Below are positions 55,746-64,000 of a DNA stretch of 64,000 nucleotides, piece by piece. Position 1 is the first letter of the stretch; every line of letters begins with the position of its first letter. The stretch is from the human T2T-CHM13v2.0 reference genome, Homo sapiens. A program made the translations under genes and the position numbers. The stretch lies in assembly GCF_009914755.1 (NCBI RefSeq), contig NC_060926.1; one strand, written 5' to 3'. The notes below the pieces were generated by a model that did not search any database, had not been told where the DNA came from, and saw only the letters and a program-made list of their open reading frames with translations.

Positions 55746-55830
55746 ATGATTTCCAGAATGGAGAAGATGACGATGATGATGAAGATATTGATTATGTTTG
55801 CTCTTGGAATGAACTACTGGTCTTGCTCAG
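55746..55830 (+). CDS. SPP2: SPP2 exon 1 coding part (signal peptide)
   Basis: MISRMEKMTMMMKILIMFALGMNYWSCS(G) with a cag|gtaagg donor. Matches the secreted phosphoprotein 24 N-terminus. Confidence 0.96.
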
Positions 55831-55929
55831 GTAAGGTATTCACCAACCTGGCCACCTGCTCTGGATCATGCAGAGCCATGCTGGCGCCTGTGTCTTGTCT
55901 CACTGTGCCCCATGTGCTTGCGTGTCCAG

Positions 55930-56054
55930 GTTTCCCAGTGTACGACTACGATCCATCCTCCTTAAGGGATGCCCTCAGTGCCTCTGTGGTAAAAGTGAAT
56001 TCCCAGTCACTGAGTCCGTATCTGTTTCGGGCATTCAGAAGCTCATTAAAAAGA
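55930..56054 (+). CDS. SPP2: SPP2 exon 2 (start of mature protein, cystatin-like domain)
   Basis: gtgtccag|g acceptor and aga|gtaagt donor. Encodes (G)FPVYDYDPSSLRDALSASVVKVNSQSLSPYLFRAFRSSLKR. Confidence 0.96.
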
Positions 56055-59000
56055 GTAAGTGCAAAATGAAATCTTCTCTACTCCTCCTTCCAATGCTGTC
56101 TGCCTTTTGTCAGTTCATTGGATATACTTTTAAGAAATTTTCTCCAGTTTAAAAATGATAGTAGCTAGTCATCTCTTTCATACTGTCTCTTTTCTTTGAC
56201 AGAGAAAGATTTAATTACAATTTTTTGTCATGAGGCTATCCAAACCACTTTTGATGACTGATTCTTCTGCTGTATTCTCCTCTCTAACCTTGTCTTCTGG
56301 TTCCCTGCAGCCTGCTTTTGTACTTGAAGTCCTCGCGATTCTTTCTGAGGTGTTTTATTACGAACTTCTCATTTATTGGAAATGAGCCTCCTTTCAAATT
56401 CAGCAGTTCTGCTCCTAATACTTACTGGAAATAATCTGGCTTTTGAGTCAAAGAAATTCACCTTTCCTTGTCAATTTGGTAATAGTCTGTTTCCTCTTAG
56501 CTTTGGGAGCTAAAGAAAGAGTAATCACTTGGGCTTCCAATGACTAAGTCTGTGATATGCAAGGAAAGAAATGTAAAAATATCCTTCAAAGGAAATGAGA
56601 AACATAAGCAGCAAGTCATCTCCCTTCTTCCTGTTCCCCAGGTAATTTCACTGCCTTATTATCATCTGCATGGGGCTCATTTGGAGGTAGGGATGAACAT
56701 ATTTTCAAGCAAATTTAGGTTAAGGTGGGAGGTAGAGAGGTTCTATAAAGTTGCACATCTTAGGAATGAAGGCTCTGTATAGCCAGGCAGCATGGGAATG
56801 AGAATGAAGACACGGCTGAAGGTCCAGGCAGCAGAGGCCAGATGGACATTGCTTTCTCTCTGTCTGCCTGCTGCCTTCTCCCATCCCTCCTGGACTGACT
56901 CTTAGCTTGTTCCCTCTGCTACTCTGTAGAGCACATGGCTCATGATTTCCTAGTTCTAGTCTCCAAATACAACATATTCAGCTTGATCTTCCTCAGAACC
57001 TGGCTCCTAGTTTCTCTTTTCCAAATTTCAAGGGAAATGAATCAAAAGGACCCAGTTTTATTTTCTAGTTTGATTATAGTTCATGAAGACTATGGGCTAT
57101 GCTTTTTTTTAGGTGCCATTCCAGAATCATGGCCAGAGTGGAGTCACTTGCTCTGGATGTTGTGGTGTGGAGGCACTGGTCAGCTGCCACACCAAAGGTT
57201 GAGCTGCTCCTGGATCAGAATACAGAACCCCCTTTCCTTGCTTGTATTGTATTTCAAATGCCAGTTTCCATTGGCATTTAATGAAATCCACTTGTGGTGG
57301 TGTGGAATCGGGGTCTTTTTGCCAACCTTGCAGATGAACAGTTTAAATTTACTTTTGATTTAGCTATTGCTCACCACAGAAGAAAGTTAGCAGTTTATTA
57401 GATGAATAAGAGCATGAGGATAGATCCCAAGAGAACCAATTACTGACACCGTGGAAATCTGCCCTGTGGAGATGAGCTATTGTGAGGCACAGCCACCAGA
57501 GCGTGTTCTGGCTCATGTGCCATCTTGGTATAGTCACCCAGACTTGAGCCCAGACGCACATGCACCTAAAAATAGATACAATTATATGCGATGTGTGTGA
57601 CTCTTGATGAGCACATGAAAAATGTTGCCTCTCCACCTCAAGTACACTGCTCCTTTACCTGGAGGTCTGCCTATTCTTGCCTCTCCCTGCCTTTTCTGAT
57701 TATTCAAATTCATTGGTCAAGCTACAGTCACCGTGCCCTCTTGTTGAGAACTCTATTTCTTCTCCCACTGGAAGGGAGATTCTCTTCCTTTGATCTCTCC
57801 TGGTGATATTTTTTTCTATTGGGAGTGTTTCATATTTTGATTTATGTTGTGTGTATTAACCATGTCTTCTATAAACACCCTATAGATGGCTCCAAATATA
57901 CCAATTCTCTCTACCCTAGCAGACATGAGGGATACACTAAAAGGCAAAGCCCTCAGGAGAGAGTTGAGTGAATAGATCACTAGCACTGGGGTTACAAACA
58001 ATTCACGAAAGAGGAAATACAAAAGACTAAGAAAGATTTGGAAAGCTATTCAACCTCCCTAATAGAAGAAAAGTGCAGAATTAAAATAGCAATGTGAAAA
58101 AGAAGAATAACAAGGTAAAAGAATAACGGTGAAAAAAACATCACAACTGCCGCTCGAGAGTTTGGAATTTTGTAAAATTGTATTTGAAAAGCAAGTTGGA
58201 AATATGTGTTAAACATATTTACTAGCATGTTAAACGTTAAATTAGTAAATATTTAAAACTTTCAATTGCATAGTTTCACTTCTAAGAATATGTTCAAAGC
58301 AAATAAGTGGTTTAGTCATGAGTATTTGGGGGTACAGTTCAATGGTTGTAGGGAGAAGGGTCGGGCCCTTCTGTTTTGCCCTCAGGTTTGCTTACCAAGT
58401 GCAGTGATTCTCTACTCAGACTACACATCATCATTGCACGGGAGCTTTAAATATTTCTGATGTCCAGGAGGGATGATCGACTCCTTAAATCCCAGTCTCT
58501 GAGGGCGGGACTCATATTCTTAAATGTTCTCCTGCTCATTCTAATGTGCGGTCTCGGTGAAGAACCACTGGGTATTACCAACAGACCTAGATCAAATATT
58601 CTTTTAATTGATTTCAAGTTACTCACCTCCTGGGCTCCAAATTTGAGAAAGGAGGAGAAAGGAAAAATCCACACGACTTTAGCACTGATGGTTTTCTTGC
58701 TCCAACCTTGACATTAGGCTCACTTGGACTATTCCCTCAGTGGACACAAGCAGAGAAAGGAAAGGTGGGCATTGGCCCTATGCTGGGCCCTATGCTGGGG
58801 AGGGGGAAGCAAAGAGGACAAGTAGGGCTGTGGTTTCATAGGGAGCAGTTTCTACCAGGGAAAGAGAGGGAAAGGAGATGGGGAGGGAGGGGAAGGGGAA
58901 GAAAGGGGAAGAGGAAGAGGACACAGTTAAATAAACCAAATTCATTTCCAATAGTGGAGAGTACCGTAGAGGAGGGTAAGCAGGTTGACATGATAGGCCT

Positions 59001-59336
59001 TGCCTGGGGCAGCAGTCAGATGGGGCAACAGTGTCCTCTGATGCTGCATCTTTGAGCTAAGACTCACTCCAGTGACAAGAAGTTCCCACTGTGGAAAGAC
59101 GTTCTGAGGAATATTGGGTGAGCTGGCAGAGTCAGTGGGAGGGTCCTGAAGGACGAAAGACCTTGAGAGGGAGGCTGGCTAGAGCCAAGTGAGCCTGGGA
59201 GAGAAAGGTGGGAGTGGAGAGCGGTCAGAGAGGTGGGCATGAGTGGGACATGCCTAGGTCATGATTTTGAGGAGTTTGAGGTCTGTTTTAAGGGCAATGG
59301 GTAGCCCCTAGGGACATGTGCATTTGCAAAACATCT

Positions 59337-59710
59337 CTGCTTAGCTTGGGCCACCGTAACAAAGTACCACGAACACATAACAAACCATGGTCTAGGTAGT
59401 GCATAAAAAACACCAATTTATTTCTCAGAATTCAGGAGGCTGAGATCTGGGATGAGGGTGCCAGCATGGTCTGGTTCTGGTGAGGGCCCTCTTCTGGGCT
59501 GCAGACTGCTGATTTCCTGCTGTATCCTCACATGGCAGAAAGAGAGCTAGCTGACTCTCCAGCCTCTTCTTATAAGGATGCTAATCCCACTTATAAGTGC
59601 TCTACCTTGAAGACCTAATAACCTCCCAAAGGCCCAACCTCCAAATATCACATCAGGGATTAGAGTTTCACTATACGGATTGGGGCAGGGGGACAAACAG
59701 TCCATTGCAA
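59337..59710 (-). mobile_element. MaLR LTR (MLT1A/MST-like)
   Basis: gtaacaaagtaccac...aatttatttctc...gtgccagcatggtc...cagtccattgca. Confidence 0.8.
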
Positions 59711-60019
59711 TCTTTCCAGCTGCTGTGTGGAGTGGGGTGTGAGGGGAGAAACTGATCATGGTGAGATGCTGGTGTGGGGTCTCAAGTCAGGGCAGGGAGG
59801 ATGCGGGGAGCAGATAGATTTGAGGTACATTTGGAGGCAAAGCCATGGAGTTTTGGGATCCTTGAGGTCTCCATGCCTTTTTTGTGTGTCCATTTTACCT
59901 TTCAACCTCTTTGCATTTTTTGGTTTTTGGCTTTCTAAATTATTCTCAGCTAGCCATTTCTGATCTTTACTTTTTGTCCATTAATAAGGGATTCATTTGA
60001 AAAACCTAAGTGACCATTG

Positions 60020-60495
60020 ATGCCCTATTAGTGAGGGTTCTCCAGAGAAACAGAACCAATATGACATGCATACATATATAAATGGATGCATATGAATATA
60101 TGAGAGAGAGACATTGAGAGAGACAGAGATTTATTATAAGGAATTGCCTCATGCAATTTCAAAGGCTGGCAAGTCCAAAAGGAAAAAAGAAAATCTGATG
60201 AGGTAGGCCAGCAGGCTGGAGATTCAGGGATAACTTACAGTTTAAATCCAAAGGCAGTCTGCTGGCAGAATTCCTTTCTGATGGGAAGATTTCTGTCTTT
60301 ATTCTATTAAGGCCTTTAACTGATTCGATGAAGCCCACCCACATAATGGAGGGTCATCTGCTTTACTTAAAGTCCACTGATTTAAATATTAATCCCATTC
60401 AAAGAATAGCTTCACAGAAACATTCAGAAAAATGTTGACCAAATATCTGGGCACCATGGTTCAGTCAAGTTGACACTATAAAATTAACCATTACA
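60020..60495 (-). mobile_element. MLT2 (ERVL) LTR
   Basis: tattagtgagggttctccagagaaacagaaccaat...cagtcaagttgacactataaaattaaccattaca. Confidence 0.85.
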
Positions 60496-60814
60496 ATTGT
60501 CAAATGGAATTGCTATGGGTCTTTTATTTTTATATATTTGTATTTCTTTTAAAAATAAAAACCAAAATGTAATCATTACAAAAAGTCAAAAAATACAAGA
60601 AAGGGAAAATGAAAAATAACATTCATTATCCATTTATCTGAGAAACACTCACTATAAACCCATGAGAGGATATCCTTTTGGAGTGTTTTTATTCATATGA
60701 AGGTATACAATGTATTTTTAAAGAAAAATAGGACAATACTGTAATACTGATTGTAAATTCTCATAATTTGTTTCAGCAATAATGCTGGGTTTTTAATTTT
60801 CTCCAGTTGACTTC

Positions 60815-61325
<511 letters not shown>

Positions 61326-62867
61326 AGTTGACTTCTTATTGTTCAGCATTTAGGCTGTCCCACATTTCTTGAATTACACAGAATAGAAATTTACTGGCAG
61401 AAAGTGAGTTCAAATGAAACAGCAAAAATGTTAGATGTTTCTCCCTATTCTTGAAAGTCCCCTTCAAGATGCAAAAGAGGTTGCAAAGTTATCTCATAGC
61501 TCAATAAAATGATCTGTACCCCCAAAAAACTCACATTTTCATCTTTTCAGCTAAGCTTTTGTGTTGCCAGTTGCTTCCATCAAATTGCTTTTAGGTGAAT
61601 TGCTGAAGCTCACCCTGCAGTGGAGGGCCCCAAACAATGGACTTCAGTTGATGGGAGAGATTTTTATTTTTTAATTTTTTAATGAGACACAGATTTAACG
61701 TTCAATATATTAAAATTATAAGTATATGAGGTAGTAATTAATGGTGAGGTTGAGTTTTTATTTCTACTTGTTTTCAGAAAATTCTACTTTTATCAGCACT
61801 CATTATGTGTCCTATGTTAGGAGACATAAAGATCCCCGTCCTCAGCTTGGAGTTTTGCCACTTTTTTTCCAAAACAAAATGTTCTGCATGTGCCTATTAT
61901 TCCCTACTTGTAAGTAGTTCTCGCTCTCACAGAAAGAGCGCTGCCTCCATCTCTCTCCTCCCTGGGCAGTACGTTCAATGTGTTGCTGACTTCAATTTGC
62001 TGCAAGGTGGGTTCAGAAACTAAGAGGCAAGAAGTGACTTGGATCCTGGGGGTGTTGTCAGGTACTGGACCGTGGCAGGCTCCCCACTGGCTTCCTGCTG
62101 CCCCCTTGTTCCTGCCCCAATCTGTTTACCTTGCAGCAGCCACGGTGATTCACGTGCTGCTCTTAAAACTCTGTGATAGCATCTCGCTGCAGTGAGAATT
62201 AAATGTAAACACCTTTCCGTGGGCTCCAAGACCATACCTGACACGCTCCATCTCTCCAAAGTCACAGTGTATGGTTCCTGCCCTGGTCAGGTTTGCTCCA
62301 GCCACAAGAGTCGGAGTTGTCCCTGCCCCAGGGCATTGGCTCTGCTTTCTATTCACAGGATGAGCTTCTTCCCATCCTTCAAGGCTCAGTTTAAATTTGC
62401 CTTCCTTGGGAGGATTTTTCTGGCATTTTCTCTAAAACAGCTGCTTCCTTCCCTCACCCCCATTGCCATGTTGTTGTTTTTCTTGATAGCCCCATAACTA
62501 TCTGGGATGATCTTGGATAGTTTTCTTTGATGTGTCCACTGTGTGGCACCTCCTCTGGAATTTAAGCCACTGGGCATCTTCCCTGCTCTGCCTCTGGTGC
62601 TGAACACACAGTGAGTACTCAAGAAGTCACAGGAATTTGTGACATCAGAACTCCCCAGATTTGTCATGGAGTTTAGATTATTTTCCTTTGTGGAAAGGAG
62701 AAGAAAATCATTTAAACTCATTCACATATCAGAACTGCTCAAGCAGGAAGCTAGGGCTGGAGAATAGTCTGTACTGCAGAGAGCACTCGTTGCTCAATTA
62801 CTTATTTCTGGAATTATTAAAAAATTATGGAGCAGTCTTTTAGGAAAATGACACTTAGAAATATGGA

Positions 62868-63517
62868 CAGTTGATTCTTCTTACTTGTAGTAGTTATGTT
62901 GTATAAAATCACCACGAACACTGAATTAGCAAACACAGAATCATTGCTCCTAGGGGAAATAGAAGGTTTGGTTCCTGTGAGCCTTGGGTCACAACATTTT
63001 CATCAACCCATCAATACTAACCTTGTTTTTGTGAGTTCCTGCTTAAAGATGCTTAAATTAATATATATTGTTGATTCATTAACATTGAACTCACGACCAA
63101 CAGCACTGTGACTCCTGCCTGAACAAAGCTTACCTTACTCACATATTTTCCATGTCAGCTGCATCACAGCCTTGTGCTTTGGAACACTAGTGGGTTCTTC
63201 CACACCAGGCTTGGGGGCCATCATAAACATAAAGCTACTAACAAAAAGCACAAAAATGCAAAAAAAGCCACGAAATAGACCATAAAAAGCACACTTGTTT
63301 TCAATATGAGAGTTGAAACAAGAAGGAAGAATGTCTCCTTGTTCGGCTCCTGTTGGTAACATGCATGTTGGGTGACTCAAGATTTTTGTCGTTCTGCATT
63401 TGTCCCTAGATGATTGCCAAAGTAAGTGTTACTAGTATTGATTTTGGGGTTACAAATAAATTTTAGTGAGTAGGTGAGTTTGCCAATATGGAATCCACAA
63501 ACAGTGAGGATCAATTG
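62868..63517. mobile_element. MER82-like TcMar-Tigger DNA transposon (~650 bp)
   Basis: Imperfect TIRs CAGTTGATTCTT... and ...GAGGATCAATTG, with internal gaacactgaattagc...ttgctcctaggggaaat. Confidence 0.8.
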
Positions 63518-63794
63518 TCACTGTAAAGTGTTAGAAGCAATACTGGCCTTGGAGTTAGAACACCTACATTCTGGTTCCATTTTCGTCACTAAACTATTGT
63601 ACGACTTTGTTAAGTCACTTTTCCTCTCTGGTCTGCAGAAGAAAGGCACGGAACTAGGTGATTGCTAAGATAATTTATTGCTTTCATGGTGGACAATTCT
63701 GTAATTTTTTTCTTATGGGGTAGAGACAATGATTTATAGCATCATAAACTTCAGAAATGCATTGATCACACTCTGAAACTTTATTTTTGTGAAG

Positions 63795-63917
63795 GTTGAG
63801 GTCCTAGATGAGAACAACTTGGTCATGAATTTAGAGTTCAGCATCCGGGAGACAACATGCAGGAAGGATTCTGGAGAAGATCCCGCTACATGTGCCTTCC
63901 AGAGGGACTACTATGTG
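63795..63917 (+). CDS. SPP2: SPP2 exon 3 (cystatin-like domain, first disulfide loop)
   Basis: tttttgtgaag|g acceptor and gtg|gtaagt donor; 123 nt, phase 0. Encodes VEVLDENNLVMNLEFSIRETTCRKDSGEDPATCAFQRDYYV, with the cystatin/cathelin-type RETxC motif. The gene continues beyond the window. Confidence 0.96.
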
Positions 63918-64000
63918 GTAAGTGGGAGGAGACCCATCCCAGAAATGAACAAAAGGAAGAGCCTCACTTCTTCCATGACCTGGAGTCACACAAAGAACTT

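Overview
This is primate (very likely human, chr2q37.1) genomic DNA, not microbial. The window holds the last five exons of the cold/menthol receptor TRPM8 (+ strand; TRP box, C-terminal coiled coil, stop codon, ~2.2-kb 3' UTR exon ending near 24.5 kb). A ~31-kb repeat-dominated intergenic region follows, then the promoter and first three coding exons of SPP2 (secreted phosphoprotein 24, cystatin superfamily; + strand). Nearly all ORFs in the supplied track are spurious (Alu, L1, LTR or intron read-through). I see no evidence of a new multi-gene system. The notable signals are small-scale: candidate unannotated TRPM8 exons affecting the coiled coil, a stop-free in-frame 99-nt SPP2 intron 1 at the signal-peptide junction, a TTAGGG-containing 28-bp minisatellite apparently born from a hAT transposon end, a solo LTR12C aimed back at TRPM8, an L1 with a 3' transduction plus inversion, and several templated-insertion scars in a nested L1 cluster. 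Repeat subfamily names come from my recall of consensus sequences and need RepeatMasker/Dfam confirmation.
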